Of a DNA stretch of 64,000 bases, positions 9,205 through 18,735 are shown piece by piece. The notes under the pieces are model-generated. The model was not told the DNA's origin, ran no database searches, and was given only the letters and a program-made list of their open reading frames with translations. The first letter of the stretch is position 1; every line of letters starts with the position of its first letter. Source of the DNA: an uncultured delta proteobacterium. GTDB taxonomy: Bacteria > Desulfobacterota > Binatia > Binatales > Binataceae. The stretch lies in assembly GCA_963794325.1 (NCBI GenBank), contig CAWCDG010000004.1:544001-608000 (forward strand). The letters run 5' to 3'. Position numbers and translations under genes: made by a program.

Positions 9205-10761
9205 CTATGCCACCTTCTTTTGTTTTGAAGGCCGGGCCATGGTGCGCCTGCCGACGGGTACGTCGTCGATCGTCTTGGGACATCCGTCGTCGCCGGTGAC
9301 TACGTATTCCGGGTACGCCGGGAAGCCGTGCTCGCTGAGATCGAGTCCTTCGATTTCCCCTTCGGTCGGGATGCGCAGTCTGAAGGCGTATTTGACTCCA
9401 TACATCAGCGCCATCGAGGCCACGAAGGTTGCTATCGTAATCGAGAAGCTGCCGATCATTTGTGCTTTCAGAACACCAAAGCCGCCGCCGTAGAACAGTC
9501 CCGTGACTACGCTGCTGGTGTCCGCTCCGGTCGCAGTCGGCGCACCGTACTTGCCGGCGGCGAAGAGCCCCAGCGAGAGCGTGCCCCAGATTCCCGCGAT
9601 CATATGCACCGGGACGGCGCCAATCGGATCGTCGATGCGCAGGTATTCGAGCAAGTCGATACCCCAGACCACCACGAGGCCGGCGCCGATGCCGAGCAGA
9701 AACGCGCCTTCGGGATCGACCCAGTAACAGGGACAGGTGATCGCAACGAGGCCCGCCAGGAATCCGTTAACCGTCAGCGCGAGATCCCATTTGCCAGCCT
9801 TGTAGTACGAATAGAAGAGCGAGGTCAGTCCTGCCGAGCATGCGGCGATGGTCGTGTTGAACGAAACGCGGCCGATGCCCTGCGCGTCCATTGCGGACAG
9901 CGTGCTGCCCGGATTGAATCCGTACCATCCAAACCAAAGGATCAGACCGCCGGTCGCGCCGATGATCAAATCGTGCGGTTTCATCGGTGCGCCGCCATCG
10001 CGTTTGAAGACCCGGCCGAGGCGAGGTCCGAGCGCGATTGCGCCGGCCAGTGAGATCGTTCCGCCGATCGTGTGCACGACGGTCGATCCGGCGAAGTCGT
10101 GGAAGTTAACCGGGTTCAGGTTCGCCAGCCATCCGTCCGGACCCCATGCCCAGTGACCGATGATCGGGTAGATGAAGCCGGTTACGCCGACGCTGTAGAG
10201 CAGGTCGCCAATGAAGTCGCATCGACCAATCATCGCGCCCGAGGTTACCGTCGAGCAGGTGTCCGCGAACGCATACTGGAAGACCCAATACGCGAGCAGC
10301 GGAACGCCGGTGGTGCCGTAGGTCGGGGCGAGTCCATGCAGCATGAAGCCGGTGGTGCCGATCCACGGCGTCCCCGGACAGAACATGAATGCGAAGCCCC
10401 ATAGCCAGAAGGTCACGCCGCAGATGCAGGTGTCGGCGATTCCCTCGACGAGGATGTTTACCGTCTCGCGCGATCGGGCGAATCCCGACTCGAGCATGAC
10501 GAAGCCGACCTGCATGCAGAACACCAGGTACGCCGCGACCAGCGTCCATACGGTGTTGATCGCGTTGACTTGCGGCGGAGGCAGCGCTGGCGCAGCGTCT
10601 GCGTATGCCATCGCCGGCAGGTACCATTTTGAAATCAGCAAGAGAACGAGCCCGAGCCCGATCATCTTGCCTGCCATCAGGTAACCCGCGTTGCGGCGGA
10701 CCATCGGGTCTCGCCAGCTTTCGCGGATTCTCTCCCACAATCCTGTTGCTCCTGAGTACAT
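9205..10761 (-). CDS. amt: Ammonium transporter (Amt family), copy 2
   Basis: CMQVGFVMLESG, FQYAFA, DFAGSTVVH, GWYGFNPGS, DDPIGAVPVH. Start ATG 10761 with GGAGGG SD. Confidence 0.95.
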   Translation of the reverse strand: MYSGATGLWERIRESWRDPMVRRNAGYLMAGKMIGLGLVLLLISKWYLPAMAYADAAPALPPPQVNAINTVWTLVAAYLVFCMQVGFVMLESGFARSRETVNILVEGIADTCICGVTFWLWGFAFMFCPGTPWIGTTGFMLHGLAPTYGTTGVPLLAYWVFQYAFADTCSTVTSGAMIGRCDFIGDLLYSVGVTGFIYPIIGHWAWGPDGWLANLNPVNFHDFAGSTVVHTIGGTISLAGAIALGPRLGRVFKRDGGAPMKPHDLIIGATGGLILWFGWYGFNPGSTLSAMDAQGIGRVSFNTTIAACSAGLTSLFYSYYKAGKWDLALTVNGFLAGLVAITCPCYWVDPEGAFLLGIGAGLVVVWGIDLLEYLRIDDPIGAVPVHMIAGIWGTLSLGLFAAGKYGAPTATGADTSSVVTGLFYGGGFGVLKAQMIGSFSITIATFVASMALMYGVKYAFRLRIPTEGEIEGLDLSEHGFPAYPEYVVTGDDGCPKTIDDVPVGRRTMARPSKQKKVA

Positions 10762-10772
10762 CGATCGTTTCC

Positions 10773-10886
10773 CTCCGAAAGTTGGTTTTGGCGTTGGCCT
10801 GCGCGCCACCGCGCGGCGCGACGGACGCCTGATCGCGCCGCATGGTGTGAGAGCAAGACGTATGCCTCGACGCCAAAAATTCGGAG
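10773..10886 (-). promoter_or_regulatory. Structured 5' leader of amt copy 2 (candidate cis-regulatory RNA)
   Basis: Nested pairings 10773-10779/10880-10886, 10786-10794/10870-10878 and 10813-10821/10833-10841. The outer helix includes the SD. Confidence 0.5.
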
Positions 10887-11076
10887 TGCAATCAACGATG
10901 GATTAAGGACTAGACCTATCGATGGAGCCAACGATCCATCTTAGGTTTCAAATTCTCGCTTAACTCGGAGTGATCATCGCAGACGCGAGAAATCCGACGA
11001 GAATGACGATGCCGCAAGTAACGGCAGTGCCCGTCATATGCGCATCAGTGCGAGCGGCCTGTCACGATCATTCTGG

Positions 11077-11697
11077 TCAGCGACTGCGATCGAGTACCGC
11101 GACCATACCGGTCTTGATCGCGTAATGCGTCAGCTCGAGACGATCGCGCACGGCAAGCTTTTGAAAAATATTGTTGAGATGAGTTTTGACGGTACTCTCG
11201 GTTATCGAGAGTCGATCTGCAACTTCGATATTCCTCAGGCCAGAAGCCACATAGCGAACAATTTCGGATTCTCGCGGCGTCAATTCCTTACCGCTCGAAC
11301 TTTCCTGTCGCGCAAATTCCGTTTGCACCATCGGCGGCATCCAGACCAAACCATCCGCGACCGATCGCAAAGCCATCATCAGGGTCTCGATCGCAAATCG
11401 CTTCTGCACGACGCCCTTGGCGCCGAGGCGCAGGGCTCTGACCCCATTTTCGGCGCTCTCGCTCGCAGTCAGCACGATCACGTTGGTCAGACGGCTGAGT
11501 CGCGGGATGTCTTCCATCATCCAACGGTCCATCTGCAGGTCGAGTAGAAGGATGTCGCAGTCGGTCGCGGAAACCACCGGAGCTACATCATCTGAGGATT
11601 CTATTTCAGCGACGACCTGGGTATCCGGTTGAAGCAGCAGCAGCGACTTGAGCCCTTGCCGGAAGAGGGCGTGATCGTCGGCGATAATTAAACGCAT
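11077..11697 (-). CDS. NarL/LuxR family response regulator
   Basis: ADDHALFR, LLLDLQM receiver; LTPRESEI...TVKTHLNNIFQKL HTH. Confidence 0.95.
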   Translation of the reverse strand: MRLIIADDHALFRQGLKSLLLLQPDTQVVAEIESSDDVAPVVSATDCDILLLDLQMDRWMMEDIPRLSRLTNVIVLTASESAENGVRALRLGAKGVVQKRFAIETLMMALRSVADGLVWMPPMVQTEFARQESSSGKELTPRESEIVRYVASGLRNIEVADRLSITESTVKTHLNNIFQKLAVRDRLELTHYAIKTGMVAVLDRSR

Positions 11698-11705
11698 TAG
11701 TGTTG

Positions 11706-12788
11706 CTATATCTGACTGTTAGGAAGCTCGATTTGCAGCCGCGTGCTGCCATCGCTGTGCATGCTCATGTGCCCTTCCAGTTCCGCGACTCTCGAGGCTA
11801 TCGCCCATGGCCGCGACGACGAGTCCGACAAGCCCACGCCGTCATCCTCGATAGTGATCGAAACCTTGTCCTCGACCTCGTGCACGTCGATTCTTACCAG
11901 GTTAGCCAGTCCATGGCTTCGTGAATTGCGGAGACCTTCAAGCATGATCTGCAGTATATGCTCGCCGAGGAGACTGCCTCCACTGAAGTCGGCTCGAACC
12001 TCAAAGCTTGGATCGGAACTGCGCGCGGCGAATTCCGCCGCGGGTCTCTGCTCGATGCCGGCGAGCGAGCGCAGATAGATTCGAACCGCATCGTACTCCC
12101 GCGCAACGCCGGCTTGCAGGTCAGTGATTTCTGTCAGCGCATCTTGAGGACGATTGCGACTCAGTAGCGCGCGACAGGTCTCGAGCCGCAGGTTCACTCC
12201 GGCCAGGGCCTGCACGTAACCGTCGTGCAATGAACGGGCGATTGATTGCCGCTCGGTGCGAGTTTCGAGCTCGCGTAGCTCTGCCTCAAACAGGGCGCGC
12301 TGTTGCGAGAAGAATCCAATCAAATATCCGGCGATCGCAAGATAGACCGCCCGCATATCGTAAACACTGGTGATTCCTTGAGTCAGCACTATCACCAGCA
12401 AATACAGCGCCACGCTGCAAACCGTCACGGTTGCTATAGGACGCGAGCGGGCGCGGTTTCCGGCGGCGATAATCGCGAAGACAAAGAATACGTACGAAGC
12501 GCTGGTTTGTCCTTCGGTTATGAATGCGATCGCGGTCGCGAAGAACAGGTCGAAGCAGGTTGAAAGCACCTGTAGATTCCAGTCCGAATATCGGCGGCTC
12601 AGCGCGAAATACATTCCGATGCTGTACGCCAGATGGCACAGGAGGGTCGTCAACGCGTAGGCGTTCAGATGAAACAGGCCGCCAGCGGTGCTCGGATCGA
12701 TATACAGGGACAGCATCGCGATCAGCGACAGCGCGATTCGCGCTCGAGCGATGCTCAAATCCAGATTCTGGAACGCAGGCAGGTTCAT
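11706..12788 (-). CDS. Membrane sensor histidine kinase (HisKA_3 type)
   Basis: Several N-terminal TM helices; ERQSIARSLHDG H-box, EGLRN N-box, DDGVG G1 box. Confidence 0.9.
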   Translation of the reverse strand: MNLPAFQNLDLSIARARIALSLIAMLSLYIDPSTAGGLFHLNAYALTTLLCHLAYSIGMYFALSRRYSDWNLQVLSTCFDLFFATAIAFITEGQTSASYVFFVFAIIAAGNRARSRPIATVTVCSVALYLLVIVLTQGITSVYDMRAVYLAIAGYLIGFFSQQRALFEAELRELETRTERQSIARSLHDGYVQALAGVNLRLETCRALLSRNRPQDALTEITDLQAGVAREYDAVRIYLRSLAGIEQRPAAEFAARSSDPSFEVRADFSGGSLLGEHILQIMLEGLRNSRSHGLANLVRIDVHEVEDKVSITIEDDGVGLSDSSSRPWAIASRVAELEGHMSMHSDGSTRLQIELPNSQI

Positions 12789-12888
12789 GGAACTATCAAC
12801 CTCTGCGAAAGAATAACCAGATCGAATCGAGTGAACATAGGCACTCGAGCCTGGCAGACCTTTAAGCGCGCACGATTCTTGAGACTGG

Positions 12889-14403
12889 TTACGATTTCGC
12901 TCGCGAGCGGGGAATTCCGAGCGCCACCATCAATAGCGGACTCTTTCCCGCGGCGTGAGGTTCGAAAAATTTCGTGGTGTCGTCGTCGTAGAAGGTGAGT
13001 CCAGTCGCGCCGCGGCCGAGCGAATACGCAGCAAGGTATGCGCGGCCGCCGAGAATTCCCGCCTCGAGATGCGCATCGCCATAGCCGCGATTTCCCAACG
13101 CGCCCAGCGCGCGCTCGAGATCGGCCATATAGACCACCAGCGCGGAACAATCCATGCCGAGCGGCTGTTCGAGGCACAGGTATCCCGCCTCGCCGCGGAA
13201 GTTTCCCGGTTTCAGCAACTCGAACGCGTGCGCTGCGCGGTTATAGTAGTACGCGCCGGGCTCTAATCCTTCCGCCGCGTTGACGATCAGGTAAGTGTCA
13301 GTCAGTGGCGGAAAGTCGGCCTGCGGATGGTCGCTCGATGCCGCCATGATCGTCGCGAGTTCTTCGGCGGTAATCGCTTCTTGCGCAAACGCTCGCGACG
13401 ATCCGCGCCGCAAAATTGTTTCACCAAGTCCCGCGGACTCCTCCGACGTGATCGTTTCCAGATGAAGCCCATCCACGCTCGGCGATCGCGGCGTTGGTTC
13501 CACTTTCGCAGTGGCGACCGTCGCGACTTCGTCTGCGGTGACAAGGCGCGACTCGCCATGCATCTTAATGAGATCAGGATACGCGACCTCTTTCGACGAC
13601 AGCGGGATCGATTCCAGCGTTAGTGGCTCGGCCGCAGGTGACGATGCGGCCGGGTCGTCGCTGCGCCCGAGCGCGACCAGCGCGATCATTCCTTCATGCT
13701 CGCCGTCGATTCCAAGCAGCGCTTCGAGCGCGGGATCCTCGAATGCGGTGATCACTTCCGCAGAAATTTCCTCGGCCGCCGCCGCTGCCAGCAGATTCGC
13801 CAGGATAGTTCCCGCGTCCCAATAGCAATACCGGTATGCCCGCGCGCGATACTTCCATTCGCTGCGCCAGTAAATCGCCGACATCGCGATCACCGCGCGC
13901 GCGTTGCGAATCGACGGGCGTTTTGCGGTCGCGTCCGCAATGTACGAGCGCCAGTCGCCGCGACGCAGCCCACACATCCGCAGATCGGCAGGCGAAAAGT
14001 GGTACAGGCCCGCCTCGAGCCCTTCGACCTCTGATGCTGCGACGTAGATCTCGATCGGGTAGAGCGCGCCCGCCGACGCCGCGGCGCGGAAATGATAGTC
14101 GTCCGCGCCGACCCGCTTCTGCCGCGTCAGACCGTCAGCACAAAACAGAATTCTGATCAGCGCGGCCTCGTCGATAGGTGCTGAAAAGTCCGCCGGCACG
14201 TAAGACGACAATGCCGCCAGCGCCGGCGTCGAGGACAGATTGAGATCGCGCGGCAATGCTACCGACGCGGCGCCCGGATAAATCTTGTACGGGATCGGCT
14301 TGATGTCCCAATCGAGGAAGTGCGGCGACGATCGGACGCTGGTGTACGAATGCTTGGTGATCTCGTGGAAGACCCGCGCCGCTTCGATGTAGTCGTTGCC
14401 CAT
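12889..14403 (-). CDS. SagB/ThcOx-family dehydrogenase with two nitroreductase domains
   Basis: RAAASAGALYPIEIY and KYRARAYRY motifs, second domain RRGSSRAF; start MGNDY with GGAG SD. Confidence 0.88.
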   Translation of the reverse strand: MGNDYIEAARVFHEITKHSYTSVRSSPHFLDWDIKPIPYKIYPGAASVALPRDLNLSSTPALAALSSYVPADFSAPIDEAALIRILFCADGLTRQKRVGADDYHFRAAASAGALYPIEIYVAASEVEGLEAGLYHFSPADLRMCGLRRGDWRSYIADATAKRPSIRNARAVIAMSAIYWRSEWKYRARAYRYCYWDAGTILANLLAAAAAEEISAEVITAFEDPALEALLGIDGEHEGMIALVALGRSDDPAASSPAAEPLTLESIPLSSKEVAYPDLIKMHGESRLVTADEVATVATAKVEPTPRSPSVDGLHLETITSEESAGLGETILRRGSSRAFAQEAITAEELATIMAASSDHPQADFPPLTDTYLIVNAAEGLEPGAYYYNRAAHAFELLKPGNFRGEAGYLCLEQPLGMDCSALVVYMADLERALGALGNRGYGDAHLEAGILGGRAYLAAYSLGRGATGLTFYDDDTTKFFEPHAAGKSPLLMVALGIPRSRAKS

Positions 14404-14499
14404 CACTTCTCCAAACATACCGATCGTTCAAATTGACAGGGTCGCCGCCCGGCGTGCTATACGGATTTCCAGCCACCATCCTCTTCGGGAGAGACTATC

Positions 14500-15426
14500 A
14501 TGGCGAATAAACTGACGCCTTCGGACGTGAAAGGATTATTCGAGAAGCTCAGCAACTGGGGCCGCTGGGGCAAGGAAGACCAGCGCGGTGCGCTGAACTT
14601 TATCACCAATCAAAAACGCACCGCGGCCGCGCGGCTGGTGCAGACTGGCGAGAGCGTATCGATGGCGCTCCCGCTAGCGACGATTCCAGCGCCCGACAAT
14701 CCCACTCCCGTGACTCATCTGATGGTGCAAGCGGGCGCCGACTCGCACGAAGAGGCACTTCCTTATTCGGGTGATTACTTCGCGATCGCGCCGCACGGCA
14801 TGGCGAATACTCACATCGATGCGCTCTGCCATGTGTTCTGGCAGAACAAAATGTACAACGGCTTCGACGCCAGCGAAGTCGGCTCGCATGGCGCGAAGAA
14901 GTGCGCGATCGACGTAACCCGCGCGGGCATCGTCAGTCGCGGCGTCCTGCTCGACATTCCGCGGTTGAAAAAAATTGATTGGATGGAGCCTGGACAAAAA
15001 ATTCTTCCTGAAGATCTCGACGCGGCCGAGAAAGCGCAAAAGGTCCACGTCGAAGAAGGCGACGTGCTGATGATTCGCACCGGCCGCGCCGCGATGCGCA
15101 AAGCCAAAGGCGGATGGGATCCGATGCGCGTCGGACTCCCCGGCCTCGACGCCAGTTGCCTGCCATGGCTCCACGAGCGGCGCATCGCAGTTCTCGGCTG
15201 CGACGCCGTCAGCGACGTCATCCCAAGCGGCTACGATGGCGTCCCGCTTCCGATTCACGTCGGCACGCTGGTCGCGATGGGCATACATCTGATCGACAAC
15301 GCCGACCTCGACGCAGTGTCGTCCACCAGCGCGAAGCTGGGGCGCTACGAGTTCATGTTCTCGATGGCGCCGTTGATCCTCGAGCGCGGAACCGCCTCGC
15401 CGGTGAATCCGCTCGCCATCTTTTGA
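14500..15426 (+). CDS. Cyclase family protein (kynurenine formamidase-like metal hydrolase)
   Basis: NWGRWG..DQRG, HGxxxTHIDALCH, RGVLLD, GTASPVNP. Confidence 0.9.
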   Translation: MANKLTPSDVKGLFEKLSNWGRWGKEDQRGALNFITNQKRTAAARLVQTGESVSMALPLATIPAPDNPTPVTHLMVQAGADSHEEALPYSGDYFAIAPHGMANTHIDALCHVFWQNKMYNGFDASEVGSHGAKKCAIDVTRAGIVSRGVLLDIPRLKKIDWMEPGQKILPEDLDAAEKAQKVHVEEGDVLMIRTGRAAMRKAKGGWDPMRVGLPGLDASCLPWLHERRIAVLGCDAVSDVIPSGYDGVPLPIHVGTLVAMGIHLIDNADLDAVSSTSAKLGRYEFMFSMAPLILERGTASPVNPLAIF

Positions 15427-15456
15427 TTAGTAAGTGAGTAATCCGGAGTTGACACT

Positions 15457-16656
15457 ATGAAAACCGAAGCACTGATTATCGATTGCGACGGACATATCCT
15501 CGAACCGCCCGATCTCTGGGAAAAGTATATCGACCCGAAGTATCGCGAACGCGCGATGCGTATTCGTGTCGGCGATGACGGCTTCGAGTATCTCGAAATC
15601 GATCGCAAGCGCGCGAAGATGACGGCGCCCGGACTGCTTGGCTCGCTCGGCGGGATGGGCAAGAAAGTCGAGGACGCGCGAAAACTGCGCGAGAGCGCGA
15701 TGCGCGGCGACACCAATCCCGAGCAGGTGCGGATGCTCGCGCCGAAGCCCGAGAACACTTACCTAAAGGGCGCCGCCTTCGGAACGATGGATATGAAGGA
15801 GCGGCTCGAGTTGCTGAAACGCGAGGGGATGGAGAAATCGATTCTCTATCCCACAATCGGATTGCTGTGGGAGGCCGAGCTTTTCGACGCCGAACTTTCC
15901 GCCGCTTACTGCAAAGCCTACAACCGATGGATTGCCGACTTCTGCCGCGACTCCGGCGGACGATTGATCCCGATTGCGCATCTCTCGCTCGGCGATCCCG
16001 CCGAGGCTGCGCGCGAACTCGAGCGCGCCGTCAAAGACGGATGCAAAGGCGCGTTCGTGTGTCCCTTCACCATCACCCGCGTCCCGCACGGCGACTCGCG
16101 ACACGACGCCGTCTTCTCCGCCGCGCAGGATCTCGATGTACCGCTGGCGATTCATCCGACCTTCGAGCCCGCCAGCTTCGGCATCCACCATCGCTACGAC
16201 AATTTCAGTTGGGCCGCATGGTATTTCGATCTGTTCGCGGGCCAGGGCGTACAGCACGCGTTCGGGACGTTCTTTCAGTTGGGCGTGTTCGACCGATTTC
16301 CGAAATTGCGGGTAGTGGTACTGGAATCGCAAGCCGGATGGATCGGCTACTTCCTCGATCGCGGCGACGCAATCTTCAACGGCACGACGCTCGGCGCGAC
16401 GGTCCGCCTCAAGGAGAAGCCGTCGTACTACTTCAAGCGCCAGTGCTACATCTCAGCCGATCCCGACGAACGTACTATTGCGGCGATGATGCAGATTGTC
16501 GGCGAGGACAAATTTTTCTGGGCGACTGACTATCCGCATCCCGACCATCCCGGAAATTATCTGGAAGAGCTTAAGGGCATGATCGCGCCAATGAAGGACT
16601 CGGGACGCCGCGGGATCCTCGGCGAAAACGTCGCGCGCGCATACCAACTGAGGTAG
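15457..16656 (+). CDS. Amidohydrolase family protein (Amidohydro_2)
   Basis: IIDCDGHILEP, YNRWIADFC, WATDYPHPD. Confidence 0.9.
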   Translation: MKTEALIIDCDGHILEPPDLWEKYIDPKYRERAMRIRVGDDGFEYLEIDRKRAKMTAPGLLGSLGGMGKKVEDARKLRESAMRGDTNPEQVRMLAPKPENTYLKGAAFGTMDMKERLELLKREGMEKSILYPTIGLLWEAELFDAELSAAYCKAYNRWIADFCRDSGGRLIPIAHLSLGDPAEAARELERAVKDGCKGAFVCPFTITRVPHGDSRHDAVFSAAQDLDVPLAIHPTFEPASFGIHHRYDNFSWAAWYFDLFAGQGVQHAFGTFFQLGVFDRFPKLRVVVLESQAGWIGYFLDRGDAIFNGTTLGATVRLKEKPSYYFKRQCYISADPDERTIAAMMQIVGEDKFFWATDYPHPDHPGNYLEELKGMIAPMKDSGRRGILGENVARAYQLR

Positions 16657-16668
16657 CCAGCCGCAATA

Positions 16669-17832
16669 CTACTTGGCGCCGGCTACCATCGCGTCGATCG
16701 TGATCGGGATTTCGAACGCGACCTTCTGCGGCAGTTTGCAGATCTGATCGCTGCATTCCTGGAAACGAAGCGTCCCCTTGAGCTTGTACTCGCCGGGTTT
16801 GAGACCCGACTTGATTACGACTCTGCCGAAGGCGCGCATCGTTCCTGAATACACCGGCAATGTCTCGCCCAGCGATTTGAACTCGACCGGCGTGGCCTTC
16901 GGAAAATCAAACGACTGCGCACTTACTGTCTCGGGCTCGAATTCCAACGCGGTCGCCACATAGTTATCCGGAAGCGGCTGGCCATAGATATGCCATCCCG
17001 AAGGAATCTCGAACTCGGCCGAGACACCGAGCTCCCGGCCGGGCACCGCGCGGTCGGATGAGATGCGGATAGTCGCTCGAATGTCATCGGCATTAATCGC
17101 GATTCCACGAGCATCGGCGGCGACCCCAAAGTTCTTCAGCAGCACTTCCGACGCAGCCGGCCTGGTCTCATAGTTCGGAAGGAAATGCTTGTCGCGCACC
17201 GTGCCGTTGGCGTCGATCAGGTAGTCTCCGGGAAATGGAATCCCGTAAAACGGATGTCCTTCAGGAATGTTGGCATTCAGGATTCCGTACTTTCGGATGA
17301 CCACGCTGCCCTTGTCCGACAGCATCGGATATTTAATCTGATAGGCGTCAGCAAATCGCTTCAGCGTCGTCGGCGGGTCGTAGGTGATCGACGCGACCTT
17401 GACGCCCTGCTTTTCCAGCCCCGCGCGCGATTGTTCCAGCTCAACGAGCTGGCTTCTGCAGTAGGGTCACCAATCCGCGCTGCGGCTGAACACCAGCAGC
17501 AGTCCATTGCGCCCCATGAGATCGTGGAGCGACCATTGCTTGCCGTTCTGATCGGCGAGTTCGAAGTCCGGAACCCGCTCGCCAATATTGGGCCCCGTCT
17601 TCAGGTCATCGTTCTGCGCGCGAACGAAATCCTTCCAGTCGGCCGGATCGATCTTCTTCCCCGAACCGAAGCTCATCGGCACTTCGGTCAGCACTTTTAT
17701 TTTGCGCGCGGTATCCAGTTTCGAATCGATCGGCGGTCCGCTGGCTCCTGATGTACTCATCGCGATCCCTCTAATCGTGAATAATGCGAGCGCTGCAATC
17801 GCGACTCGGCCAAGCCGACGCAGTCTCATCAT
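16669..17832 (-). CDS. Selenocysteine-containing peroxiredoxin/redoxin-like protein (UxxC) fused to a DsbD N-terminal-like domain, exported
   Basis: ORFs 17467-17904 and 16669-17325 are in frame, separated by TGA 17469-17467 in SRSADW-U-PYCRSQL; the interval reads open (GVKVASITYD...FADAYQIKYPMLSD). Signal-like N-terminus; GWHIY and C-x4-C in the C-terminal domain. Confidence 0.85.
17436..17452 (-). promoter_or_regulatory. Bacterial SECIS-like hairpin
   Basis: CCAGCUC-GUU-GAGCUGG; perfect 7-bp stem starting 14 nt after the UGA, G first in the apical loop. Confidence 0.65.
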
Positions 17833-17991
17833 AACAACACTTGCATTACCCTTGCTGGAATTCCAGCGGCGAAACTTCCTGCGTCCGGTACGCCGCGCCA
17901 GCATTGACGCGGCGTTGAGAAAAACTCAATCTGCTGCGCAGCGTCGCAGCGTTGTCTATACTCTGCGACCATCCGTTCGAGGGAGGACACT

Positions 17992-18540
17992 ATGCCCCGT
18001 CCGAGGAACCATCGCCATTCACCAACTTCGCTAGCCGCGCTTGCGTCGATCGCGATGCTGTTCGCCTGCGCCGCTGCTGCGTGCAATTCGCAGTCGTTCC
18101 AATATGCGGCGTCCGAATCGATGCCGGTGGTTCCGCCGACGCCCGTGCAAGCGCCCCCGCCGCCGATGAACGTCGCGCGATTACTCAATGGAAACTGGAT
18201 GGCCACTTATCCGGGCGGCCCGCTTCGAGTGGTGATCACCCTGGATCCGATGCTGCGCGGGCGCAACTACGTTGCGACCCTGGTCGATGGCAACAAAACT
18301 CTCCCCGCCGGCGAGGTCGTGTGGCGCGGAAGGTTGGATCAAAACGTCACCGGCATCGTGAATGCCAAACAGCTATGCGCCGATAACGGACTGCCGCTGG
18401 CGCGACAGGTGCCGGTGCGAATCCTCGTCAGCGACGCGAGTCACTTCAGCGAAGAACTCGTCAATCCAGGTGACTGCCACGGATTCCCGGTGAAATACAC
18501 CCGCGTCGGCCCGCCACCGACAGCGCCGGTTAAGGACTGA
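17992..18540 (+). CDS. Hypothetical exported protein or lipoprotein
   Basis: Hydrophobic N-terminus with AAAC, Pro-rich linker, GGAGG SD. Confidence 0.65.
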   Translation: MPRPRNHRHSPTSLAALASIAMLFACAAAACNSQSFQYAASESMPVVPPTPVQAPPPPMNVARLLNGNWMATYPGGPLRVVITLDPMLRGRNYVATLVDGNKTLPAGEVVWRGRLDQNVTGIVNAKQLCADNGLPLARQVPVRILVSDASHFSEELVNPGDCHGFPVKYTRVGPPPTAPVKD

Positions 18541-18573
18541 AACGAAAAATAGGCGTCGCGTCAGCGCTAGCAA

Positions 18574-18610
18574 CCTAACCCCTAACCCCTTCCCGAGCGG
18601 GAAGGGGAAC
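18574..18610. repeat. REP-like palindrome, family B
   Basis: CCTAACCCCTAA-CCCCTTCCC-gagc-GGGAAGGGG-AA; similar to 21485-21522. Confidence 0.65.
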
Positions 18611-18688
18611 CGGAGTGTGGGAGGCTTGCGCCGTCGCGAGCAGCGCGAGCCTCTCTGGCATCCTGACGACGCGGGCAACGCGATTTTT

Positions 18689-18735
18689 GTGTCATCCTGA
18701 CGGAGCGAGCAACGCGAGCGGCTGGAAGGATCTCG
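18689..18735. repeat. GTCATCCTGA...GAAGGATCT-type short intergenic repeat
   Basis: TGTCATCCTGAC...GGAAGGATCTC; partial copy CATCCTGACG..GCAACGCG at about 18659-18681; between convergent genes. Confidence 0.5.

Noticed and set aside
12889-14403. SagB-like dehydrogenase as part of a RiPP (azole) cluster
   Set aside because: No YcaO cyclodehydratase or precursor peptide nearby; stand-alone double-nitroreductase proteins are common
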